From: Octopus sinensis
Taxonomy: Eukaryota
DNA length: 64,000 bases
Assembly: GCF_006345805.1 (NCBI RefSeq)
Contig: NC_043000.1
Location: 133,672,001-133,736,000, forward strand
Reading direction: 5' to 3'
A program made the position numbers and the translations under genes. The notes under the pieces are model-generated. The model did not search any database. It was not told the origin of the DNA and worked only from the letters and a program-made list of their open reading frames with translations. This document shows positions 26,451 through 37,822 of the stretch, piece after piece. Positions within the stretch are counted from its first letter, which is position 1; each line of letters opens with the position of its first letter.

Positions 26451-29273
26451 TATCTCTTTATTACGATTATAGAAAATCAATACATAGAAGGGACGAATAC
26501 AGGACATACATACAAAAACATTTAAGAGATTCGATTAAAAGTTTCGTTTGGATTCGTTATAAAGTAATAGTTTTTGCATAACTAGTATAACAAACACTTG
26601 TAGATGACTTTTGTGGTTTTACTGGAGCTTTTACACCCCGGCAATTGATGAGGCCCTGCAGCTTCCACTTCCTCTCTCTCCTCCATGGTCAAGCTGGGTT
26701 TCTCACACCCACCTTTCTTTCCACTTCCTTCCATCTTTTCTCATACACTCCCCGCGGCAAGGTCCTCCTCTCCAGTCCCATCTTGCTTCTCAGATGATAT
26801 CTGAAGTAGGTGAGCAAGCCGGGCCCGGAGATAAAGGACCCTGTCGCGGCTCCTTCCATTCTCGTTCTCCACATGCATTCCTTTACCACTGCAACCGTGC
26901 AGTGAAAACATGCCTCACCTTCCTTCGAGAGTCCAGTTGGCGGTATCATCTTAATCATAGACTCAGCCGACAGCTGTACTCGTCCCAGATGCGATAACAC
27001 GTGTTCTGCGTAACTTATCAAGTCGTTCAACTTCCGACAGTGAACAAAAGCGTGCTGAACGGTTTCATCGTCCGACCCGCATCTTGGACATGTCGGTGGC
27101 ACTGGAACTCCGTGCCGCGATAACTTCTCGCGAACAGGTAAAGCATTCCTGTAGCACTGCCAGGCCAGGGATCTTTGGAAATTATCCAAATACCCCGACC
27201 TGAACGTTTTCTTAAACAGATTGGCAAGCTGGTCTTCATCAAACCCCAGAGCCCCTCCTAGGACGTCATCGTTTTTACCTTCTACCAGCCCTCTATAAAA
27301 TACCGAGGTGGTATTTCCGCAGCCGGCCTTGCCCGTCCTGTGGATCAGCGTGAGTGCCTGTCGGCACTCCTTTTGCCATGGAGTTAGATTCCATCTTCTG
27401 ATGTAACCGGGTTTAAAATTAACTAAGGAGGCCGGTCTCGGGAAAAATCCCTCTGCCAGCGGACTCCACACCTTATCACCTTCCAGGTGGTGCCAGAGAT
27501 GTCTTAGTCTCAACGCATGTCTGCGCATCATCAACCAAGGCATCCCTAACCCACCCTTTAACGGTTCTTGACAGCACACGGAGCGTCTCACAAGTGGCTT
27601 TCCTCCTTTCCACAAAAAGCGAAAGAGGACTCGTTCCAACTTGTTAAGCCATGAGTCGGGGCAAGGGACGACGGTCAGGCGATAGGTGATTACAGATGCA
27701 ATAAACATCTGCACCACCTCCGCCCTTCCTTTCAAGGACAGAGACCTTCCGGACCAGGTCCGTACTATGGCCTCCACCTTGCCCGTCACCTCGCTCCAGT
27801 TCTTCTCCGTTTGGGAGTCCGGTCCAAACCAAACTCCCAGCAACTTAACAGGGCCATCCGTCCAGTGTCCCACAACACTGGACGATATCGGCTTGTTCCT
27901 CCAGGTGCCGAGGCGCAAGCCGACCGATTTGTCCCTGTTAACCTTTGCTCCTGCCACCGCCTCGTATCCTCTGATAGCCTCCTCTACACAAGGTAGTTGG
28001 GCCTCTTTGGACACGATGAGGGTGATGTCATCCGCATAGGCAGTGACCGACCTCCCACCTCCGATTTCATCTGGGTTACTCCCCAGCCTTTCCAACCTTC
28101 GCAGTAGTGGCTCAAGAGCCAATACGTACAAAAGTGGTGACAAGGGGCACCCCTGACGTACTGAACACTTGATCGAAAACGGTTCCGTTAGGTAACCGTT
28201 TATCTGGACGGTGGACTTGATGCCGCTGTACATAGCGGAGATCCACCCGCGGAATTCGGGACCCAGTCCGGTCGCTTCGAGGACCGTCGCCAGGTACCCA
28301 TGGTCTACCCTATCGAAGGCTTTACTTTGGTCCAAGTGGACCGTTACCCCGCCTTTGCCGGTTACTTTACCCACCCTATCTAGGGTGTAGCGTATAAGGT
28401 GAAGGTTGTCCTGGATCGACCTGCCTGGAATTGCACATGTCTGTGCTCTCCCTACAAGTTTCTCCACGACAACCGTCAACCTTTTTGCTAACACCTTGGC
28501 CAAAATCTTTAACTCTACATTAAGTAGAGTTATGGGCCTGTAGTTACTAATTATATCCCCCTTGCTCGGGTCTTTCTGGATTAGCGTCACCACTCCCCGG
28601 CTTACAGAACTGGGAATTCTCCCATTCTGCTGCCAGTTCGTGTAGACGCCTGCCAGTATTCCCCCGAACAAGTCCGGCATACTTTGGTAAAACTCGTAGG
28701 GCAGACCATCCAGCCCCGGCGACTTCTCCCCGGCGCACCCGGCCAGCACTTCCTTTATTTCCGCGGGAGTGATCGCTCCCTCACAGCACTCCGCCTCACG
28801 CCCCGCGAGCCGCGGCCCGCCGGCCAGGAAGTCCCTTAAGGCACTCCCCCGATCCAGCGGGCCACCACCCCCGAACACGCGCGCGAAATGCTGGTGAAGA
28901 AACTTTTGCATCTCCTCCTGTCCATAGATCTTTTGTCCCTGTTCGTCAGTCAAAGATTTTATTGAGGCTCTGTTGCCTCTCTTACTCTCCACACGACGGG
29001 CCCATCCGGCCACGTTAACACCTTCTCGTTTCCCGGCGCGCAGCTTAGCTCTGACTCTGCAACCTTCGTGTTTGGAGTTAAGGTGACGGTACAATACCGT
29101 CCTTGCCGCCAGTACTCCGGATGCAGAGCCAGCTTCCATTGCCTCGTCTAGATTCTTAACTAAATCGCCCTCTAGACTAGCCCTATCTATCCTTAGCTGA
29201 TTGCTAAATCTAACGGACTCTAAACGAATGGCTCTTTTGAGGGCGTGCCACCATCTATTGTTAATGATGGTGC
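26451..29273 (-). mobile_element. L1/Tx1-type non-LTR retrotransposon, 5'-truncated, copy 1
   Basis: GC-rich island with an uninterrupted ORF2 (KSPGLDG, NYRPITLLN, LDQSKAFDRV, VRQGCPLSP, YADD, C-terminal CPRC...H...C knuckle). The frame stays open to the truncation (...NRWWHALK...). No endonuclease domain. AATAAA at the 3' end. Bounded by ATTAGAATGGAATGTT. Confidence 0.95.
26689..29139 (-). CDS. LINE ORF2 reverse transcriptase plus zinc knuckle (endonuclease missing), 816 aa
   Basis: ORF track; RT motifs intact with no stops or frameshifts. The ATG is internal to the original ORF2. Confidence 0.9.
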   Translation of the reverse strand: MEAGSASGVLAARTVLYRHLNSKHEGCRVRAKLRAGKREGVNVAGWARRVESKRGNRASIKSLTDEQGQKIYGQEEMQKFLHQHFARVFGGGGPLDRGSALRDFLAGGPRLAGREAECCEGAITPAEIKEVLAGCAGEKSPGLDGLPYEFYQSMPDLFGGILAGVYTNWQQNGRIPSSVSRGVVTLIQKDPSKGDIISNYRPITLLNVELKILAKVLAKRLTVVVEKLVGRAQTCAIPGRSIQDNLHLIRYTLDRVGKVTGKGGVTVHLDQSKAFDRVDHGYLATVLEATGLGPEFRGWISAMYSGIKSTVQINGYLTEPFSIKCSVRQGCPLSPLLYVLALEPLLRRLERLGSNPDEIGGGRSVTAYADDITLIVSKEAQLPCVEEAIRGYEAVAGAKVNRDKSVGLRLGTWRNKPISSSVVGHWTDGPVKLLGVWFGPDSQTEKNWSEVTGKVEAIVRTWSGRSLSLKGRAEVVQMFIASVITYRLTVVPCPDSWLNKLERVLFRFLWKGGKPLVRRSVCCQEPLKGGLGMPWLMMRRHALRLRHLWHHLEGDKVWSPLAEGFFPRPASLVNFKPGYIRRWNLTPWQKECRQALTLIHRTGKAGCGNTTSVFYRGLVEGKNDDVLGGALGFDEDQLANLFKKTFRSGYLDNFQRSLAWQCYRNALPVREKLSRHGVPVPPTCPRCGSDDETVQHAFVHCRKLNDLISYAEHVLSHLGRVQLSAESMIKMIPPTGLSKEGEACFHCTVAVVKECMWRTRMEGAATGSFISGPGLLTYFRYHLRSKMGLERRTLPRGVYEKRWKEVERKVGVRNPA

Positions 29274-29289
29274 ATTAGAATGGAATGTT

Positions 29290-32112
29290 TATCTCTTTAT
29301 TACGATTATAGAAAATCAATACATAGAAGGGACGAATACAGGACATACATACAAAAACATTTAAGAGATTCGATTAAAAGTTTCGTTTGGATTCGTTATA
29401 AAGTAATAGTTTTTGCATAACTAGTATAACAAACACTTGTAGATGACTTTTGTGGTTTTACTGGAGCTTTTACACCCCGGCAATTGATGAGGCCCTGCAG
29501 CTTCCACTTCCTCTCTCTCCTCCATGGTCAAGCTGGGTTTCTCACACCCACCTTTCTTTCCACTTCCTTCCATCTTTTCTCATACACTCCCCGCGGCAAG
29601 GTCCTCCTCTCCAGTCCCATCTTGCTTCTCAGATGATATCTGAAGTAGGTGAGCAAGCCGGGCCCGGAGATAAAGGACCCTGTCGCGGCTCCTTCCATTC
29701 TCGTTCTCCACATGCATTCCTTTACCACTGCAACCGTGCAGTGAAAACATGCCTCACCTTCCTTCGAGAGTCCAGTTGGCGGTATCATCTTAATCATAGA
29801 CTCAGCCGACAGCTGTACTCGTCCCAGATGCGATAACACGTGTTCTGCGTAACTTATCAAGTCGTTCAACTTCCGACAGTGAACAAAAGCGTGCTGAACG
29901 GTTTCATCGTCCGACCCGCATCTTGGACATGTCGGTGGCACTGGAACTCCGTGCCGCGATAACTTCTCGCGAACAGGTAAAGCATTCCTGTAGCACTGCC
30001 AGGCCAGGGATCTTTGGAAATTATCCAAATACCCCGACCTGAACGTTTTCTTAAACAGATTGGCAAGCTGGTCTTCATCAAACCCCAGAGCCCCTCCTAG
30101 GACGTCATCGTTTTTACCTTCTACCAGCCCTCTATAAAATACCGAGGTGGTATTTCCGCAGCCGGCCTTGCCCGTCCTGTGGATCAGCGTGAGTGCCTGT
30201 CGGCACTCCTTTTGCCATGGAGTTAGATTCCATCTTCTGATGTAACCGGGTTTAAAATTAACTAAGGAGGCCGGTCTCGGGAAAAATCCCTCTGCCAGCG
30301 GACTCCACACCTTATCACCTTCCAGGTGGTGCCAGAGATGTCTTAGTCTCAACGCATGTCTGCGCATCATCAACCAAGGCATCCCTAACCCACCCTTTAA
30401 CGGTTCTTGACAGCACACGGAGCGTCTCACAAGTGGCTTTCCTCCTTTCCACAAAAAGCGAAAGAGGACTCGTTCCAACTTGTTAAGCCATGAGTCGGGG
30501 CAAGGGACGACGGTCAGGCGATAGGTGATTACAGATGCAATAAACATCTGCACCACCTCCGCCCTTCCTTTCAAGGACAGAGACCTTCCGGACCAGGTCC
30601 GTACTATGGCCTCCACCTTGCCCGTCACCTCGCTCCAGTTCTTCTCCGTTTGGGAGTCCGGTCCAAACCAAACTCCCAGCAACTTAACAGGGCCATCCGT
30701 CCAGTGTCCCACAACACTGGACGATATCGGCTTGTTCCTCCAGGTGCCGAGGCGCAAGCCGACCGATTTGTCCCTGTTAACCTTTGCTCCTGCCACCGCC
30801 TCGTATCCTCTGATAGCCTCCTCTACACAAGGTAGTTGGGCCTCTTTGGACACGATGAGGGTGATGTCATCCGCATAGGCAGTGACCGACCTCCCACCTC
30901 CGATTTCATCTGGGTTACTCCCCAGCCTTTCCAACCTTCGCAGTAGTGGCTCAAGAGCCAATACGTACAAAAGTGGTGACAAGGGGCACCCCTGACGTAC
31001 TGAACACTTGATCGAAAACGGTTCCGTTAGGTAACCGTTTATCTGGACGGTGGACTTGATGCCGCTGTACATAGCGGAGATCCACCCGCGGAATTCGGGA
31101 CCCAGTCCGGTCGCTTCGAGGACCGTCGCCAGGTACCCATGGTCTACCCTATCGAAGGCTTTACTTTGGTCCAAGTGGACCGTTACCCCGCCTTTGCCGG
31201 TTACTTTACCCACCCTATCTAGGGTGTAGCGTATAAGGTGAAGGTTGTCCTGGATCGACCTGCCTGGAATTGCACATGTCTGTGCTCTCCCTACAAGTTT
31301 CTCCACGACAACCGTCAACCTTTTTGCTAACACCTTGGCCAAAATCTTTAACTCTACATTAAGTAGAGTTATGGGCCTGTAGTTACTAATTATATCCCCC
31401 TTGCTCGGGTCTTTCTGGATTAGCGTCACCACTCCCCGGCTTACAGAACTGGGAATTCTCCCATTCTGCTGCCAGTTCGTGTAGACGCCTGCCAGTATTC
31501 CCCCGAACAAGTCCGGCATACTTTGGTAAAACTCGTAGGGCAGACCATCCAGCCCCGGCGACTTCTCCCCGGCGCACCCGGCCAGCACTTCCTTTATTTC
31601 CGCGGGAGTGATCGCTCCCTCACAGCACTCCGCCTCACGCCCCGCGAGCCGCGGCCCGCCGGCCAGGAAGTCCCTTAAGGCACTCCCCCGATCCAGCGGG
31701 CCACCACCCCCGAACACGCGCGCGAAATGCTGGTGAAGAAACTTTTGCATCTCCTCCTGTCCATAGATCTTTTGTCCCTGTTCGTCAGTCAAAGATTTTA
31801 TTGAGGCTCTGTTGCCTCTCTTACTCTCCACACGACGGGCCCATCCGGCCACGTTAACACCTTCTCGTTTCCCGGCGCGCAGCTTAGCTCTGACTCTGCA
31901 ACCTTCGTGTTTGGAGTTAAGGTGACGGTACAATACCGTCCTTGCCGCCAGTACTCCGGATGCAGAGCCAGCTTCCATTGCCTCGTCTAGATTCTTAACT
32001 AAATCGCCCTCTAGACTAGCCCTATCTATCCTTAGCTGATTGCTAAATCTAACGGACTCTAAACGAATGGCTCTTTTGAGGGCGTGCCACCATCTATTGT
32101 TAATGATGGTGC
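29290..32112 (-). mobile_element. L1/Tx1-type non-LTR retrotransposon, copy 2 (exact tandem duplicate, offset 2839)
   Basis: All ORF-track entries repeat identically at +2839 and the 5' truncation point is the same. The TSD sequence occurs at 26435-26450, 29274-29289 and 32113-32128. Confidence 0.95.
29528..31978 (-). CDS. LINE ORF2 reverse transcriptase plus zinc knuckle, copy 2
   Basis: Identical translation to 26689..29139. Confidence 0.9.
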   Translation of the reverse strand: MEAGSASGVLAARTVLYRHLNSKHEGCRVRAKLRAGKREGVNVAGWARRVESKRGNRASIKSLTDEQGQKIYGQEEMQKFLHQHFARVFGGGGPLDRGSALRDFLAGGPRLAGREAECCEGAITPAEIKEVLAGCAGEKSPGLDGLPYEFYQSMPDLFGGILAGVYTNWQQNGRIPSSVSRGVVTLIQKDPSKGDIISNYRPITLLNVELKILAKVLAKRLTVVVEKLVGRAQTCAIPGRSIQDNLHLIRYTLDRVGKVTGKGGVTVHLDQSKAFDRVDHGYLATVLEATGLGPEFRGWISAMYSGIKSTVQINGYLTEPFSIKCSVRQGCPLSPLLYVLALEPLLRRLERLGSNPDEIGGGRSVTAYADDITLIVSKEAQLPCVEEAIRGYEAVAGAKVNRDKSVGLRLGTWRNKPISSSVVGHWTDGPVKLLGVWFGPDSQTEKNWSEVTGKVEAIVRTWSGRSLSLKGRAEVVQMFIASVITYRLTVVPCPDSWLNKLERVLFRFLWKGGKPLVRRSVCCQEPLKGGLGMPWLMMRRHALRLRHLWHHLEGDKVWSPLAEGFFPRPASLVNFKPGYIRRWNLTPWQKECRQALTLIHRTGKAGCGNTTSVFYRGLVEGKNDDVLGGALGFDEDQLANLFKKTFRSGYLDNFQRSLAWQCYRNALPVREKLSRHGVPVPPTCPRCGSDDETVQHAFVHCRKLNDLISYAEHVLSHLGRVQLSAESMIKMIPPTGLSKEGEACFHCTVAVVKECMWRTRMEGAATGSFISGPGLLTYFRYHLRSKMGLERRTLPRGVYEKRWKEVERKVGVRNPA

Positions 32113-33087
32113 ATTAGAATGGAATGTTGCTCTCAACTTCATTAACAACGTGAAATGACTTCAAGCTAAAATTGGAATCATATCGCAAATCTCAGCTTAC
32201 TTCTTGTGCTCTGACTTCCAACAATGATATAATTATTGACTGAAATATGTGAGAACTACATATTTCAGGAGGAGAGACGCCGAAATTTCGAGAAGTAGTT
32301 GAAATGAGAGTCCAAAATGGAGGAAAGTTCAGCCAGACAGGAAAAAACTGGGGTAACCACGTGAGCGCATGTAATATATAGTTCAAATTTAAAGAAAACA
32401 AAAGACGCAGACAGGTGTAGGAACAGCAAGCAGGTGTTTAACGATCGGGAAGAATGGAAAAGTCTTTTGATTACTTATAAAAAGAGGTGGGTGACACAAT
32501 CTCTCACTTTAACTCTTTTGTATATGTAGGACCATAAAGTTATCAAGAGTTAATCCTTCCATACAAATATATAAAACTGGTGTTTAATTTGTTTCCACAA
32601 ATCTTCTTTTCATCCTAACATCTACTTTTAACAGCGCTTACAGTGATGCAATATGAAATTAAGTTTCTTCCTCAGAAATTTATCCAACAACCGTCGGCTT
32701 ATTTAATGCCGTAACCCAGCTATTTTACACATTTTCCGATTGATCAGTTCGTATCTATCTTTTATTGTTAACTTACCAATAATCAATTTGTTGTGGCCAA
32801 TCACTGAAGAAAGACTTTGAAGCTAACAGTCGAACGAAATATTTATTGCTTTAGATTAGTTTCAAAAACATTTTTTTCTAAACAAGATGCCGGGTGTGTT
32901 GTCGCTAGAATCAACCCAAATGCATAGTATTAGAACCTATTTTATCGATCCTGATTGACCACTGTACAACTTGAACTTAATCACAAAAGGAACACCAGAA
33001 TTGATTTATTCTTGCATTCTGCGGCTTCTGTGAAGTCACAGAAATGTTGACTGCATGAAATAAGTTTTGTAAAGGGAAGGAGGTGGA

Positions 33088-33340
33088 GGCGCGTGGCTTA
33101 GTGGTTAGGGTATCGGCACCATGATCGTAAGATTGTGGTTTCGATTCCTGGACCGGGTGACGCGTTGTGTTCTTGAGCAAGACACTTCATTTCACCTTGC
33201 TCCAGTCCACTCAGCTGGCAAAAATGAGTAACGCTGCGATAGACTGGCGTCCCGTCCAGCTGAGGAACACATACCCTATAGAAACCGGGAAACCGGGCCC
33301 ATGAGCCTGGCTAGGCTTTAAAAGGGCGCATTTATTATTT
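33088..33340 (+). mobile_element. SINE family C' (tRNA head plus GTGT.CTTGAGCAAGACACTT core)
   Basis: Relatives at 42936-43260 and 4640-4790 (-). Confidence 0.8.
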
Positions 33341-34780
33341 ATTTTTTTAAAGAGAAGGAGAACTTGTGTAGGTTTGCAGGAGAGTTCGGTAAGTTTAGCT
33401 GTCGTAAAGAGTGAATAACCAAATGTTTTGGGCTCTTGCATTTCGTCAGACAGTGACGAAGGTAACTAGAATATTGTCGATTTCACGGCAAGGTAGTAAA
33501 ATGGTCGAGTTCGTTCGTCACCGACAGTGTATTGTCATATTTGTTATCAATTCACTTTTTAAATGGCTGTCTATCGAGCTGTAAAAAGGTACACAAGATA
33601 GTAGCAAAATTCTCGTTAGCTTAAAGTTTTGAGTTTAGCGCCCTCTGTCTAAAAAGAATTGGCTTCTCTCTCTCTCTCTCTCTAATATATTTTTAGAGCT
33701 ACCCGTAGGTAATTTAATTGCTGTGACGACTTTTAAATTGAAGTGAATATATTTCTCAGTTGAATCATTTCGATTATTGCAAAAAAAAAAATAATAATAA
33801 TAACAGAAGGAAGAAGTATCGTTAAATTGCCAACGGCACACACCATTCCTATTGCGTCAACAAACTAGTTTTTAATGTTGTACAAAAAAATGAAGACAAC
33901 ATAATCGAAAAAAAATTCAATTGGTGATTGATATCTTCAAGGAGTGGGATAATCTTCGAGGAAATGACAAAGATAAATCTGACAAAAATATCAGCTGAAA
34001 GTAATTAGGTAACAACGGTTGATGTCCATTTTTGTAACACCCGACAGACAATATTGTTTTAGTAAAAAAATATAATTATTTTTGTCCGTATATTATCATA
34101 TTTCCGTATCACTTTTAAATAGAATTTTCACAATTTAGTACAAAGACTATATCGTTCACCAAATTATATACGTGACTATCTGACAACTTTTGGATGATAG
34201 TCTTTTATGTAGACTGTTTACATCTATATAAGTCTTAAATCACAGTACAGCTGTTGTTATTATTGAAGATGTTTGAACATTATATCTGTCTTGATTCAGA
34301 ATACCTTTAATCTAAAGAGTTCCGGGTGAAACGGTATAATTTGAGGGAGACTTTCTTTTTAATGGAATAAGTAGAAAGGAGGGCAGCGCCTCTGGTTCTT
34401 TTTTATTCTTCCACGACTGTTGAAAAGAAGGGTCGAAATTATATTCAGACAGGAGATCCAAATGCTTGCAACAGAGTATACTCTGTTAAAGGTATTCAAA
34501 GATTAGGAGTCAATGCTAAACAGAGCAGCGGATTAAATATACCTAACAGATCAAGCGATCACAAAGAAGCTCTCTCATTGGCTCGATCAGAGTACAGGTG
34601 TATTGATTGAACAACTATCTTAAAAGAATGTAACATGAGAATTGTTTCGTTATAGTGCTGAGTCCAAATTGTCTGAAATATGGTAGAAGCTCTCTGATAT
34701 AAATTATTAATAAATTTTTAATAATAGAAATATTAAAATTACTAAGTCTCTCTAAAGGAAATTACGGCAGCGTTACTGGA

Positions 34781-35035
34781 TATTAATAGTTATCGACATA
34801 CTAATATGGCAGTCTAAATATAAGACTAAAGCTGTCGCTTATTAGCTCAAAGAGGCCACCGCCTCTAGCTAGCTATATGACACACGAACCTGCGTCCATT
34901 ACATTCGAAGGTTGTAATGGACGCAGGTTCGTGTGTCATATAGCTAGCTAGAGGCGGTGGCCTCTTGGAGGTAATCAGCGACAGCTTTAGTCTTATATTT
35001 AGACTGCCATATTAGTATGGCGATAACTATTAATA
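34781..35035. mobile_element. Fold-back palindromic MITE (~123-bp arms, 9-nt loop)
   Basis: Near-perfect inverted repeat centred on 34904-34912, with TA-rich ends. Confidence 0.85.
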
Positions 35036-36635
35036 AATTTTTAATAAATATTAATAAATTTTCTTAATGTAAATAAAATTTTAGTAGAACCCATATTAGT
35101 TCTATTAAAGCTTCCCATAGGTGACCTACAAGAAAAGTAACATTCAGCTCATCTCTGCTGCCCAGGTTACAATTATGTATTAAAAATCATTCTAACAGCT
35201 AGTGTATGTGCTCTCAAGTGGATGACAGCAACAATCACTGCTAGGTGCGCTGGTCTAAAGTCTTCCTGCCTCGCCCTTCCAAATACATCTGCTTTCTAAA
35301 CCGTTCTCCGGATTCCACCAACTACCACCACCACCGCCAGTTCTCCCGACTACATCTTTTCTTACATCGAGCACCTGAAGTCATTGGCCTTTATTACTTA
35401 ATGCTCACAGCTCTTCTTAACTGCTGCCGACGCGCAAACCCAATCTTTTGCAATCCTTGACTCTTTTCATCAGTTTCGCCTTGTAGACTCATCCCGACTA
35501 ACACACGGTCTCCAAAGTCTCTTGATCTCTTTCTCTCACACCCATATCCATCTTTAAATAAGGTAAAATCACCTCTGTACTGTTAAGTCGACTGATACCG
35601 CTTATACCCACACACAACACAATGCACTTCCCCTCCCAAACTCTATGGCCCTTCAAACAGTAGAAACACTCCTGGCTCTACACTACTTTCTCTAGCAGTG
35701 CACATGCTTTACGACTACTAAGATCATCTTCTTAGGCATGCCACTCCACATCCCACACATAACCAAATCACCATCATCATTGTTCGACCGTGGTCGAGAC
35801 TTTCATAGTCTTTCCAAATGGCTAATAATGTGTGCGCGCGCCACTACTACACACATTGGAAAGCATTGTACAACCAAGTACTAAAGAAGATCTTTCCTCC
35901 TCCATGAAACAAAGCTGTTCCCGCTGGACGTCAACCCAGTATTTCTAAGCTACGGACCCAGTGATTTATTGTAAGGTTATCTCCCTAGATAGATTGCCTT
36001 CACTACGGCTAAGGAGCCCTTTCTACCCCATGACCAAAACTCATAACTTTATATTCCCGAAGTAGTTGACTAATGACTGCACCACAGCAGTACATGGAAA
36101 ATGCATTAACTTTAATGCTTGGAGAATTTCCCCCAGCTTTACAAACTGGACGGCATTTACCCACCATCAGAATTTCATTGTAAAAAATTACCACTGGGAA
36201 CGTGATAGCTACCCTACGTACACCCACCTAGTTCTCTCGCCTCCCACACGGAAGATAATCTTGCCAGTTCCTTGTAAAAGGATCTCCCCCATTTTATTGA
36301 ACCCTCCTTTCTTCCGCCACTCAATGATATTTCTTTAAGTTGTACTTCCACAGTGAAAATCTCCACATTTGCTGTTCGTTTTGCATCCAAAATCGCACTG
36401 AATTCACTGGACAAATTCTCATAAACTATCCTACTATACTCCATTGTGGAAAAGACACAGCATTTTCCATTACGAGTGACTTGAGCTATTTCTAATACAT
36501 AGAAAGAAAATGCTTACTGAATTTTGGTGAAACTATATAAAGTAGAGAAATTTGTTAGATTTTATTTCTTTATATTACGGAGATGTACTCGCATAGCAAG
36601 TGACTTGATCTGAGATCGTGTGCTGAAACGAAAAC

Positions 36636-36902
36636 AATTGCAGCGTGGAAGGTGTTTGTAAGCCATTTAAGAAACACACAAAAGCCGTTCGATTCACTTC
36701 AACATTTAAGTTTAATTTGTCAAAATATTTTCGTCGCTAAAATCTGCGACCTGTTCACTGACAGCACGGATTTTTGTCAATGAACAAATCGCGGATTTTA
36801 GCGACAAAAATATTTTGACAAATTAAACTTAAATGTTGAAGTGAATCGAACGGCTTTTGTGTGTTTTTTAAATGGCTTACAAACAGCTTCCACGCTGCAA
36901 TT
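36636..36902. repeat. Inverted repeat (~128-bp arms) with hammerhead-like motifs at its centre; probably Penelope-derived
   Basis: AATTGCAGCGTGGAAG...TGACA is mirrored by TGTCA...CTTCCACGCTGCAATT with an 11-nt spacer. Confidence 0.85.
36718..36763 (-). ncRNA. Minimal hammerhead ribozyme motif, G3:C8 core variant
   Basis: Minus strand TGTCA-GTGAACA-G-GTCGC(AGATTTTA)GCGAC-GAAAATATTT-TGACA, with perfect stems I and II and a palindromic stem III. Confidence 0.6.
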
Positions 36903-37485
36903 ATTTCTTTATAGTGATAGGTAAACTAGATTCTAAAGGTTCACAATTTTTTAAAAGTAGTGTTGTGCAACATGAGAAAACCAATGACGAAGGGGAGGAA
37001 AACGAGAATATGAATCCAACTGAACACGATTCAAACCCATTCTCCCTTGTTGATGCTTTAATGCAAATACCGATATATTATTATTAGTTTATGAAGATAC
37101 ATATGCGTCAAGATTAGTTTTAAAAAGCTTTTTAAGTGACTTTATAGGTGATTATAGTTACACATACTTGATTTTATACCAGTAATTACATTTCTATGTT
37201 CACTGTATGGATTTGCAAAACATTACGTAAAGAATCTAAAGCCATATATAGAAACTAATGTAGCTTTTAGCTTCCAAACTTCTTTTTTATTTATTACTCA
37301 TATTTCATTGAACACACATAAAGATGTAGAATTATAATACATGATGGTTATTATTATCCTATCCTAAATATGTCAGGTAAGTGAATACCCATTATCGTAG
37401 TGTTATCACTTCACGACATTAACGATATGCAAGGCAGGTCAGTCTGGCCTAACCTATCCTTCTCCAAGCTATACTCATAAAGAGT

Positions 37486-37822
37486 GGAGGCGCAATGGCC
37501 CAGTGGTTAGGGCAGCGGACTCGCGGTCATAGGATCGCGGTTTCGATTCCCAGACCAGGCGTTGTGAGTGTTTATTGAGCGAAAACACCTAAAGCTCCAC
37601 GAGGCTCCGGCAGGGGATGGTGGTGATCCCTGCTGTACTCTTTCACCACAACTTTCTCTCACTCTTACTTCCTGTTTCTGTTGTACCTTGTCACTCTCTG
37701 TGTCACGCTGAATATCTCCGAGAACTACGCTAAGGGTACACGTGTCTGTGGAGTGCTCAGCCACTTTCGTTGATTCGGATCAACCGGAACCCTCGTCGTC
37801 GTAACCGACGGAGTGCTTCCAT
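37486..37822 (+). mobile_element. SINE family C
   Basis: Flanked by direct repeat ACTCATAAAGA; its tail is shared with 42936-43260. Confidence 0.85.

Noticed and set aside
26611-28738. Short ORFs overlapping the LINE (and duplicates at +2839)
   Set aside because: Antisense or alternative-frame shadows of a GC-rich ORF2.
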